A stretch of 36,393 nucleotides of DNA from a bacterium (GTDB lineage: Bacteria > Sysuimicrobiota > Sysuimicrobiia > Sysuimicrobiales > Kaftiobacteriaceae), in assembly GCA_044868695.1 (NCBI GenBank), contig JBIOWP010000114.1, positions 1-36,393 of the forward strand. The letters are read 5' to 3'. Position numbers and translations under genes: made by a program. Below the pieces are notes generated by a model, which saw only the letters and a list, made by a program, of their open reading frames with translations, did not search any database and was not told the DNA's origin. Position 1 is the first letter of the stretch; every line of letters starts with the position of its first letter. This document shows, piece by piece, positions 17,049-25,411 of the stretch.

Positions 17049-18052
17049 CGGTGCGCGGTGCTCGCTGGTGGCCGCTGGGGGCGCTGGGGCTGCTGCTGGC
17101 CTACCCCTGGCTGCTGCGAGAGCCGTACTATCACGTGCTGGGCTTCAACGTGTTGATGGGCGCGACCATGGCCACCAGCTGGAATATCATGGGAGGTTAT
17201 ACCGGATACAAGTCTCTGGGCCACAGCGCCTTCTACGGGCTCGGCGCGTATCTGGTAGCGATTGCGGCGAACCGGCTGGGCTGGAACCCGCTGTGGAGCG
17301 CCCCCGTCCTGGCCATCGCGGTGATGCTGGCCGCGGGGGTGCTGGGCTGGATCATGCTGCGGACCAGCGGCTCCGCGTTTGTGATCGCCACCATTGCCAT
17401 GCTGCTGATCTTCCGCATCCTGGCCCTGAACCTCCGGGGGATCACCGAGGGGGCGCCTGGGCTCAGCCAGCCGCTTCCCCCCTGGAGCCCGCAATTCAGC
17501 CGGATGCCGTTCTTTTACTATATGCTGGGCTGCCTGATCGTCTCACTCGTCGTGTCCGGTTTCATCCGGCGCAGCCGGTTCGGGCTCGGGCTGCTGGCCA
17601 TCCGCGACGATGAAGGCAAGGCCGAAATGGTCGGCGTGCACACCACGCTGTACAAGGTGGCCGCCTTCGCCATCAGCGCATACTTCGTGGGGTTGAGTGG
17701 GGGCATCTGGTCCTATCACACGACACACATCAGTCCGATCTTCGCGTTCGACATCCTGATCGGCGTAGACATGATTCTGTTTACGATGCTCGGGGGGGTG
17801 GGCACGCTGTGGGGACCGGTGTTGGGGGCGTTCATCCTGGTTCCCGCGGCGGATCTCATCCTGTTTCGATTCGGCAGCAGCCAGGCGCACATTGCTGTGT
17901 TCGGGGCGCTCATGCTGCTGATCATCCTGTTCCTCCCGCGCGGCATCCTCCCCACCGGCGGTGACTGGTTGGCCCGCCGGCGCCGCTCATCCTCGGCGTT
18001 TGAGTCCGCCCGGTCGGTGGCGGAGCAGCTGGCCTCGCGGGGCCACCCGTGA
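17045..18052 (+). CDS. livM: Branched-chain amino acid-type ABC permease
   Basis: 'WNIMGGYTGY.SLGHSAFYGLGAY', 'AIRDDE', 'LGGVGTLWGPVLG', 'PRGI'. Confidence 0.93.
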   Translation: MTVRGARWWPLGALGLLLAYPWLLREPYYHVLGFNVLMGATMATSWNIMGGYTGYKSLGHSAFYGLGAYLVAIAANRLGWNPLWSAPVLAIAVMLAAGVLGWIMLRTSGSAFVIATIAMLLIFRILALNLRGITEGAPGLSQPLPPWSPQFSRMPFFYYMLGCLIVSLVVSGFIRRSRFGLGLLAIRDDEGKAEMVGVHTTLYKVAAFAISAYFVGLSGGIWSYHTTHISPIFAFDILIGVDMILFTMLGGVGTLWGPVLGAFILVPAADLILFRFGSSQAHIAVFGALMLLIILFLPRGILPTGGDWLARRRRSSSAFESARSVAEQLASRGHP

Positions 18053-18783
18053 GCGCCCTGCTGCGCACAGAAGGACTGGAGCGGCGGTTCGGCGGGATTG
18101 CGGCGGTGCGGGACTGCACGCTGGAGGTCCGAGGGGGCGGCATTACCGGCCTGATCGGACCGAACGGGTCGGGCAAGACCACGCTGTTCAACCTAATCAC
18201 CGGCATCTATCCGCCGGACCGCGGGGAGGTGTTCCTGCGGGGGCAGCGGATCACCAGGATGCAGCCTCACCAGGTGTGTCACCGGGGGTTGTCCCGGACG
18301 TTTCAGATCACCCGTCTGTTCTGGGATCTCAGCGTCCTGGAGAACATGATCGTGCCGGTGCGCCAGGTGGGACTGGTACCGCTGTTGGGCCCGGGGATGT
18401 ACCGGCATGAAGAAGACCGCGCGCTGGGGCTGCTGGACCGGTTCGGCCTGGTTCATCTGAAGGACGACCCCGCGCGGAAGCTGTCGTTCGGCCAGCAGAA
18501 ACTGCTGGAGTTCGCCGCCGTGCTGATGTCCGAGCCGGACCTGGTGCTGCTCGATGAGCCGACGGGCGGGGTCAACCCGACGATGATCCGGTTCATGATG
18601 CAGCAGATCCGGGCGCTCAACATCGAGGGGGTCACGTTTCTGGTGGTGGAGCACAACATGACGGTGGTCATGGAGCTGTGTGATCACGTGGTCGTCCTCA
18701 ACCACGGAGAAATGATCGCCGAAGGACCGCCGGCCGTGATCCAGACGACACCCGCCGTCCTGGACGCGTACCTGGGCGCATGA
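18049..18783 (+). CDS. livG: ABC transporter ATP-binding protein
   Basis: Walker A 'GPNGSGKTT', 'RTFQ', 'LSFGQ', 'LLDEP', 'VEH', 'AYLG'. Confidence 0.93.
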   Translation: MSALLRTEGLERRFGGIAAVRDCTLEVRGGGITGLIGPNGSGKTTLFNLITGIYPPDRGEVFLRGQRITRMQPHQVCHRGLSRTFQITRLFWDLSVLENMIVPVRQVGLVPLLGPGMYRHEEDRALGLLDRFGLVHLKDDPARKLSFGQQKLLEFAAVLMSEPDLVLLDEPTGGVNPTMIRFMMQQIRALNIEGVTFLVVEHNMTVVMELCDHVVVLNHGEMIAEGPPAVIQTTPAVLDAYLGA

Positions 18784-19511
18784 CTGCGCTGCTCGAGCTC
18801 GAGGGGGTGGTGGCGGGCTACCTGCGGGGCGTGCATGTGCTGCAGGGTGTCTCGCTGCAGGTGTCCACAGGGGAACTCGTGTGCCTGATCGGACCGAACG
18901 GGGCGGGAAAGTCCACGGTGCTCCGCGCGATCTCCGGACTGCTCACCCCTGTGAGCGGGCAGATCCGGTTCGCCGGTCGGGACATCGGCGGGCTGCGCCC
19001 GGACCTGGTGCTGCGTCACGGCATTGCCCACGTGCCGCAGGGCCACAGCGCGTTCCCGGAGATGACCGTCCATGAGAACCTCCTCATGGGCGGGTACACG
19101 GTCGGCAGCCGCGCGGAGCGGCGCCGGAGGTTAGACCGCGTCTACGACCTGTTTCCGCTCTGCCGCGAGCGGTCCGCCGAGAAAGCCGGCAATCTCAGCG
19201 GAGGACAGCAGAAGGTCCTGGAGATCGGGCGCGCGTTGATGCTGCAGCCCGCGATGGTGCTGCTCGACGAGCCCTCCTTGGGCCTGGCGCCGAAGATGGC
19301 CCGCGTGGTGTTCGACACCATCCGAACGCTGCGCGTCGATGGGGGCATGACGATCCTCATGGTCGAACAAAATGCGAGGAGCGCACTCGCCATCGCGGAT
19401 CGGGGGTACGTGCTCGAACTGGGACGGGAGCGGCTGGAGGGACCGGCGCAGCAGCTGCTGACGGATCCCCAGGTGGCCCGGCTGTACCTGGGTGCCGGGC
19501 TGTCTCAATGA
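18780..19511 (+). CDS. livF: ABC transporter ATP-binding protein
   Basis: 'GPNGAGKST', 'LSGGQQ', 'LLDEPSLGLAP', 'VEQN'. Confidence 0.94.
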   Translation: MTALLELEGVVAGYLRGVHVLQGVSLQVSTGELVCLIGPNGAGKSTVLRAISGLLTPVSGQIRFAGRDIGGLRPDLVLRHGIAHVPQGHSAFPEMTVHENLLMGGYTVGSRAERRRRLDRVYDLFPLCRERSAEKAGNLSGGQQKVLEIGRALMLQPAMVLLDEPSLGLAPKMARVVFDTIRTLRVDGGMTILMVEQNARSALAIADRGYVLELGRERLEGPAQQLLTDPQVARLYLGAGLSQ

Positions 19512-20398
19512 GCGGGACGCTGTGGGCCGTTCTCGCCGGTCTGGGGTTCGGAGTCTTCCAGACCGTCAACCGGGTGGCCGTTCGCGGGATGGACGTCTTC
19601 GTGGCCACGTTCCTGCAGCTGGCGACCAGCGCCGCCGTGCTCGCCGGCGCCGTCGTGGCGACCGAGGATCTCTCACGGCTGTGGGCGGCGCCGCCTTGGG
19701 CGCTACTGGATTTCGCCGCAGCAGGAGTCGTGCATTTCTTTGTGGGCTGGACGCTGCTGAACGCCAGCCAGAAACGGATCGGCGCGGCGCGCACCAGCCC
19801 CCTGATCGGCACCACCCCGCTGTTTGGCACGCTCTTCGCCGCGCTCGGACTGCGCGAGATCCCCCACGCGGCGGCGGTGTTGGGGATTGCGGCCACCGTT
19901 GCCGGAGTCTGGCTCATATCGATGCGGGAGGCCGGCACGCCGGGTCTGCTCGCCTCAGGCGGCTGGCGCGAAACGCGGTTTGGCCTGGGCGCCGCGATGC
20001 TGTGGGCCGTCAGCCCGATCTTCATCCGGCACGGACTTGCCGGCCTGCCGTCCCCGCTTTTGGGAGTGGCTGTGGGGATGACGATGTCCGCGATCGCCTA
20101 CGGCGCGGCGCTGCTGGTGCGCCGCGCGTACCGGGCCGCCGCCCCGGTGCCGCGGGGTGCTCTGGTGACGAAGATCATCGCGGGGGTGCTGGTGGGATTT
20201 TCCGTGTGGGCGCGCTGGATCGCGGTAGCGCGCGCACCGGTGGGTGTGGTCCTCGCGATCTCTCAACTCTCCGTCCCGGTGGTGATCTTCCTCTCCCCCC
20301 GCGTAGCCGGAGGGCATCTCGAGCAGGTGACAGTGAGGATCTGGGTAGGCGCGCTGTGCACCATCGGCGGCTCACTGCTCCTGGTGCTGTCGGAGTAG
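19508..20398 (+). CDS. DMT/EamA-family transporter
   Basis: About ten hydrophobic segments in two repeats, 'IGAARTSPL..TTPLF..LGLRE'. Confidence 0.82.
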   Translation: MSGTLWAVLAGLGFGVFQTVNRVAVRGMDVFVATFLQLATSAAVLAGAVVATEDLSRLWAAPPWALLDFAAAGVVHFFVGWTLLNASQKRIGAARTSPLIGTTPLFGTLFAALGLREIPHAAAVLGIAATVAGVWLISMREAGTPGLLASGGWRETRFGLGAAMLWAVSPIFIRHGLAGLPSPLLGVAVGMTMSAIAYGAALLVRRAYRAAAPVPRGALVTKIIAGVLVGFSVWARWIAVARAPVGVVLAISQLSVPVVIFLSPRVAGGHLEQVTVRIWVGALCTIGGSLLLVLSE

Positions 20399-20407
20399 AG
20401 GCGGGCA

Positions 20408-21397
20408 GTGACCGTCGACTTCCACGCGCATATCATCGTGCCGGCCATGCTGCGCGATGCCGGGCCGGGCGACCCGTGGCGCCCCCGTGTCGTGCGGAGC
20501 AGCGATGGCGTCGTGGTCGAAGCCGGGGGCCGAGAGGTCAGATCTGTTGTGCACGAGTTCGCCGATATTGAAGCGATCCTTGCCGTCCAGCTCGCCCGCG
20601 GCGTGGACCGGGTGGTGCTGTCGCCCTGGGTCCCGCTGCTCCGGTATGAGGCAGAGCCGCCGGATGCCCTGCGGACCGGGCGCGTTCAGAACGCCGCGCT
20701 TGCCGACCTGGTCCGCGCCTACCCGCGGAGCATCAGCGCGCTGGGCACCGTCCCGCTGCAGGACCCCGCGATGGCTGCGGGCGAACTGGAGGGCGTCCTC
20801 CGCGACTACGGGCTGAGCGGCGTGGAGATCGCAAGCAGCGTCCGCGGTGCCTACCTGGGAGACGACCGATTCCGGCCGTTCTGGGAGGCGGCCGAGGGGA
20901 CCGGCGCGGTGGTCTTCGTCCATCCGACGACGCGCGGGTTTGATCTGCCTGCGCTATCCGACTACTATCTCTGGAACGCCGTCGGGAACCCGCTGGAAAC
21001 CACGATCAGCGCAGCACACATGGTGATGGCCGGAGTGCTGGAGACGCATCCGAAACTGAAGGTCGTCCTGGCGCACGGCGGAGGGACGCTGGCATCCCTG
21101 CGCGGCCGGCTCCGCCACGCGCACGCGGTGCAACCGCCCGCCCGCAGCAGGGTGAAGGAGTCGCCGGACGAATCCATCCGGCGCTTTTACTTCGACACGG
21201 TCGTGCACGATACCGAGGTCCTGCGCGCGCTGGTCGCCTTTGCCGGCGCCGAGCACGTCCTGCTGGGTTCCGACTACCCATTCGACATGGGCGACGAACA
21301 CCCGGTCGACATGGTGCGGGCGCTGGCGCTTCCTCCCGATGCTGAAGCGCGGATCCTGGGCGGGAACGCGGCACAATTGATAACGAGCAAGGGATAA
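20408..21397 (+). CDS. Amidohydrolase_2 family protein (ACMSD-like decarboxylase/hydrolase)
   Basis: 'DFHAH' HxH, 'VPLQDP', 'FVHP', 'AHGGG', 'GSDYPFDM', 'ILGGNA'. Confidence 0.9.
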   Translation: MTVDFHAHIIVPAMLRDAGPGDPWRPRVVRSSDGVVVEAGGREVRSVVHEFADIEAILAVQLARGVDRVVLSPWVPLLRYEAEPPDALRTGRVQNAALADLVRAYPRSISALGTVPLQDPAMAAGELEGVLRDYGLSGVEIASSVRGAYLGDDRFRPFWEAAEGTGAVVFVHPTTRGFDLPALSDYYLWNAVGNPLETTISAAHMVMAGVLETHPKLKVVLAHGGGTLASLRGRLRHAHAVQPPARSRVKESPDESIRRFYFDTVVHDTEVLRALVAFAGAEHVLLGSDYPFDMGDEHPVDMVRALALPPDAEARILGGNAAQLITSKG

Positions 21398-21494
21398 TCT
21401 GTTGAATCTATTGGATCTATCGAATCTGTTGTATCTAATTCCTGAGATTCAAGAGATTCAACAGATTCAATGGATTCAATAGATCCAATGGATT
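21396..21494. repeat. AT-rich palindromic array of 9-bp units, copy 2
   Basis: AATCTGTTG AATCTATTG GATCTATCG AATCTGTTG TATCTAATT CCTGAGATT CAAGAGATT CAACAGATT CAATGGATT CAATAGATC CAATGGATT. Confidence 0.92.
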
Positions 21495-21523
21495 TGGATC
21501 AAGAACGATGAGGTGGGACTCTG

Positions 21524-23101
21524 TTGGACACATTTGACATCGTCGTGGCCGGGGCGGGGCACAACAGCCTCGTGGCGACCGCGTATCTGGCGAAAGCCGG
21601 CTTCTCCTGTGTCGTGCTCGAGGCGCGGGAGCGCATCGGCGGCGACACGGCGACCGAGGAGCTGACCCTGCCCGGATTCTGGCACGATACCTGTTCCACC
21701 GCGCACAATCTCATTCAGGCCAGCCCGACGCTACGGGCCAATGAGCTGGGGCTCTCCGATTACGGTCTCGAGTACATCTATCCGGATCCCGTGGTGCACG
21801 TGCCGTTCCCGGATGGCACCTGGCTCACGCAGTGGCGGGATCTCGACCGGACGTGCGAGGAGTTCGCGAAATTCTCGCGCGGGGATGCCGATGCGTTCCA
21901 CCGGATGATCCGGGAGTACGACGCGGTAAAGGGGCTCTTCGGCGCCTACCGGTACACCCCGGTGGGACTCGGGCCGCCGCTGGAGGACCTCCTGGCCGGC
22001 CATCCGGACGGGACGAAGTGGATGCGCCGTCAGGCGCAAAGCGCGTGGGAGGTCATTCGGGCTGCATTTGAGGACTGGCACGCCCGGGCGTTCATGCTGT
22101 GGATGTCGTTCATGACCGTGCAGCCGCCGGACCGGCCGGGCACAGGCGCGCTGGCCTACTCCATCACCTATGGTCGTCAGGCCCACAGCTGGACGATGCC
22201 AAAGGGTGGGTCGGCGGCGCTGCCCCGGGCGCTGGCGCGGTGCATCGAGGCGAGAGGTGGAGTGATTCTCACCCGCAAATCCGTGGCGCGGCTGCTCATC
22301 GAGGGGGGCCGCTGTGCGGGCGTGGAAACTGACGACGGCTCGACGTACCGCGCGCGCCGGGCCGTGCTCTCGACCGTGCACATCAAGCACCTGGTGCAGA
22401 TGGCCCCGCGCGAGGCATGGGGAGACGAGTTTATCGAGGGGGTCGAGAGCTGGCAGCCCGGGGTCTCGATGTTCGTGACGCACTATGCGACGTCGGAGGC
22501 GCCGCGATTTCCGACGGGGAGCGGGGCCGTGACGCCGGTCGCCGCCGGGATCCCAACGTCTGTGGACCGCCTGCTCCGGGTGGGCAGCGAATTTCACCGC
22601 GGGGTCGTCGCGACCGACGATCCGGTCCTCCTGATGGTCTGCCCCACGGCGGCCGACCCCTCCCGCGCCCCGCAGGGCAAGCACACGCTGAAGGTGATCG
22701 GCTTTCAACCGTACGAACTGCCCGAGGGGCCGCAGCAGTGGGATGAGATTGAAGGCCGTGTGGCCGCGGCCAACCTTGCCCAGCTGCGCCGGTACGCGCC
22801 CAATCTGACCGGCGAGCGGATTCTCGCGTCGCGGATCGAGAGTCCCTTGGGCCTGGAGCGGCTCAACCGGCACAACTGGCACGGTTCCTGTCACGGCGGG
22901 GACATGAGCCCGGCCCAATCCGGCCGCCTGCGGCCGATGGCGAAATGGGCGCAGCACCGACTGCCCATTCCGGGACTCTATCAAACCGGAGGCACGACCC
23001 ATCCGGGGGGATCGGTCTCAGCCGCGCCGGGCCGCAACGCGGCGATCGTCGTGCTGGCAGATCTGGGCGCAAGCCTGCAGGACGTGATCCACCGTGCCTG
23101 A
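21524..23101 (+). CDS. FAD-dependent oxidoreductase, phytoene dehydrogenase-like family
   Basis: 'VVAGAGHNSL', 'VLE..ERIGG', 'DPSRAP.GKHT', 'GLYQTG..THPGGSVS..PGRNAA'; TTG start after GAGGTGG. Confidence 0.88.
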   Translation: MDTFDIVVAGAGHNSLVATAYLAKAGFSCVVLEARERIGGDTATEELTLPGFWHDTCSTAHNLIQASPTLRANELGLSDYGLEYIYPDPVVHVPFPDGTWLTQWRDLDRTCEEFAKFSRGDADAFHRMIREYDAVKGLFGAYRYTPVGLGPPLEDLLAGHPDGTKWMRRQAQSAWEVIRAAFEDWHARAFMLWMSFMTVQPPDRPGTGALAYSITYGRQAHSWTMPKGGSAALPRALARCIEARGGVILTRKSVARLLIEGGRCAGVETDDGSTYRARRAVLSTVHIKHLVQMAPREAWGDEFIEGVESWQPGVSMFVTHYATSEAPRFPTGSGAVTPVAAGIPTSVDRLLRVGSEFHRGVVATDDPVLLMVCPTAADPSRAPQGKHTLKVIGFQPYELPEGPQQWDEIEGRVAAANLAQLRRYAPNLTGERILASRIESPLGLERLNRHNWHGSCHGGDMSPAQSGRLRPMAKWAQHRLPIPGLYQTGGTTHPGGSVSAAPGRNAAIVVLADLGASLQDVIHRA

Positions 23102-24158
23102 CGAGCGCATCCAGGATGCCGTGGCCCACTGGGCGCCGCGCTTTGTGGCGCAGGGGGTGGACTACAACGACTTTGTCCAGACAACGGCGCCGCTGGAGCG
23201 CTGGGAGCAGTGGTTGGACGCCTGGGTGGCCACAGGGACGATGCACGAACAGATGGCGCAGGAGGCGGAACGAAAACGCCTGAAACGGACGGCCGGCGAG
23301 GCGTACGTGCGCGCGGCGCTGTGCTTCCATTTTGCCAAGTTCGTCTGGCTGGTCGATCTCACCAAACGGCGGATCGCAGCGGACCGCGCGGTGCGCACGC
23401 TCTACGCGGCGCTGAGCCTGCTGGATCCTTCCGCCCTGCGCCTGGAGATCCCCTTCGGCCAGACGAAGATGGTCGCAAATCTGCGCAGACCGTCGCCGGC
23501 CGGGCATTATCCCCTGGTGCTGCTCCTCCCGGGGCTGGACTCGACGAAGGAGGAGTTCTTCACCTGGGAAAACGTGTTTCTCGAACGCGGCATGGCGACC
23601 CTATCTCTGGATGGCCCCGGGCAGGGCGAAACCGGGTACACGACGCAGATTCGGCCGGACTATGAAGCGGCGGTCACCAAGGCGCTGGACGCGCTCTCGG
23701 ACCGGTCGGAGCTCGATCTCTCTCGGGTCGGCGTGGCGGGTGTGAGCCTGGGAGGATACTACGCGCCGCGCGTGGCGGCGTTCGAGCCTGGGGTGAAGGC
23801 GGTGGCGGCGATCGGCGGGCCGTACAACTTCGGGGAGTGCTGGGCGCAACTGCCGTCCCTCACACGGGAGACATTCATCTATCACAGCGGCGCAAAGGAC
23901 GAGCAGGAGGGGCGGGCGAAGGCGGGGCAGCTGTCCCTGGCAGGCGTGCTGGCCAGGGTGCGGCAGCCCTTCCTGGTCGTCTTCGGCAAGCAGGATCGCC
24001 TCATTCCCTATCAGCACGCGGAGCGTGTGGCCGCGGAGGCGCCGAACGCGACGCTGGTGATGTATCCGGACGGTAATCACGTCTGCAACAATATCCCCTA
24101 CAAGTACCGGCCGCTCGTCGCCGATTGGATGGCCGAGCAGCTGAAACACCCGCGATAG
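23094..24158 (+). CDS. Alpha/beta hydrolase, 2,6-dihydroxypseudooxynicotine hydrolase-like
   Basis: 'GVDYND', 'PGLDSTKEE', 'RGMAT...DGPGQGE', nucleophile 'GVSLGG', 'DGNHVCNN' resemble the Arthrobacter DHPON hydrolase motifs as recalled. Confidence 0.85.
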   Translation: MPDERIQDAVAHWAPRFVAQGVDYNDFVQTTAPLERWEQWLDAWVATGTMHEQMAQEAERKRLKRTAGEAYVRAALCFHFAKFVWLVDLTKRRIAADRAVRTLYAALSLLDPSALRLEIPFGQTKMVANLRRPSPAGHYPLVLLLPGLDSTKEEFFTWENVFLERGMATLSLDGPGQGETGYTTQIRPDYEAAVTKALDALSDRSELDLSRVGVAGVSLGGYYAPRVAAFEPGVKAVAAIGGPYNFGECWAQLPSLTRETFIYHSGAKDEQEGRAKAGQLSLAGVLARVRQPFLVVFGKQDRLIPYQHAERVAAEAPNATLVMYPDGNHVCNNIPYKYRPLVADWMAEQLKHPR

Positions 24159-24165
24159 GCGAGAG

Positions 24166-25383
24166 ATGGCGGAGAGGCGCGCGCCCAGATTCTCCACGAC
24201 GGAAATGGCGCGCCGGTGGACCCTGGCGCGCGAGCTCATGCAGCGCCGCGGTCTCGGTGCACTGCTCCTGTTTGGCAACTCCGGGGTCAACCGCCACAAT
24301 CAAGCCAATGTCTTCTGGCTGACCAACCATCTCGATCTCCACCATGCGTATCTGGTGGCGCCGAGCGAACCGTCTCTTGAGCCGGCGTTGTACGTCGGCC
24401 TACGCAACCACGTGCCGGATGCCCGTGAGATCAGCGAGGTGCCGCTGGTGGAGTGGGGCGGCTACGATCCCGCGGAGTCGATCGCCGCGCGCCTGCGGGC
24501 GACCAGGCTGGACCGCGGCCGCCTCGGGCTCGTGGGCGTGAACGCGACCTTCGCGATGGGGCTGCCGTTTCAACACTACCGCGCGCTGCGCACGGCCCTG
24601 CCGAATGCGGAGGTGGAGGACGTGACGGCGGAGTTCGCCCGCCTCAGGGCGGTCAAATCCGCAGAAGAGCTGAGCTGGCTGCGAAGGGCCGCGGCCTTCA
24701 CCGATCAGGCGATCCATGCGCTGGCGGCGGAAGCCAGGCCGGGGATCCCGGAGTATGCGCTCCCCGGTATCGCGGAGGGCGCGTACCGGCGTGACGGCGG
24801 GCAGCCGCACATTGCGTTCATCCGATCGATGCCGATGAGCGATCCGACCGGGTGTGTTCCGGCGCAGAATCCGTCCGACCGGCGACTGGCCCCCGGCGAT
24901 GTGATCATCACGGAAATCAGCGCCTCCTACTGGGGATATTCCGGACAGATTCACCGCCCGATCTTTGTCGCCGCCGATCCGTCTCCGCCGTGGCGCCGCT
25001 TGTTCGACACGGCCCTCGACGCCTACCGCCAGATCGCCGGCGTGATCCGGCCGCAGGCCACGGAACGGGACGTCATCCGCGCAGGCGCGATCATCGGTGA
25101 GCGCGGGTACCGGATCTATGACGACCTGGTCCACGGATACGGCGTCGATATCCACCCGCCGCTGGTGGACCGCTCCTGCTGCGAGTACTGGCCGTGGGAT
25201 GAGGCGCGGCCCGCTCCGGAAGGCCGCCGCTTCGATCGCAACATGGTCATTGTGATCCAGCCCAATCCGATCACGCCGGACGAACGGATGGGCCTGCAGC
25301 TGGGCGCCCTGACCGTCGTCACCGACACCGGCGCGGAGTCCCTCCACCGCATCCCGTTCGAACCGCTGATCGCCGCTGCCTGA
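24166..25383 (+). CDS. Second M24 / creatinase-fold protein with largely lost metal ligands
   Basis: 'RAVKSAEEL', 'GDVIITEIS..WGYSGQIHR', 'VHGYGVDIH', 'MVIVIQPN', 'LTVVTDTGAE.L'. Confidence 0.82.
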   Translation: MAERRAPRFSTTEMARRWTLARELMQRRGLGALLLFGNSGVNRHNQANVFWLTNHLDLHHAYLVAPSEPSLEPALYVGLRNHVPDAREISEVPLVEWGGYDPAESIAARLRATRLDRGRLGLVGVNATFAMGLPFQHYRALRTALPNAEVEDVTAEFARLRAVKSAEELSWLRRAAAFTDQAIHALAAEARPGIPEYALPGIAEGAYRRDGGQPHIAFIRSMPMSDPTGCVPAQNPSDRRLAPGDVIITEISASYWGYSGQIHRPIFVAADPSPPWRRLFDTALDAYRQIAGVIRPQATERDVIRAGAIIGERGYRIYDDLVHGYGVDIHPPLVDRSCCEYWPWDEARPAPEGRRFDRNMVIVIQPNPITPDERMGLQLGALTVVTDTGAESLHRIPFEPLIAAA

Positions 25384-25411
25384 TGAGACAGCGCGGCGCG
25401 GGACAGAGACC

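Noticed and set aside
11338..21494. The 9-bp arrays as CRISPR arrays
   Set aside because: Units are 9 bp and contiguous with no unique spacers, and no cas genes are present
21524..23101. Carotenoid desaturase CrtI
   Set aside because: No phytoene synthase or other crt genes; the context is catabolic
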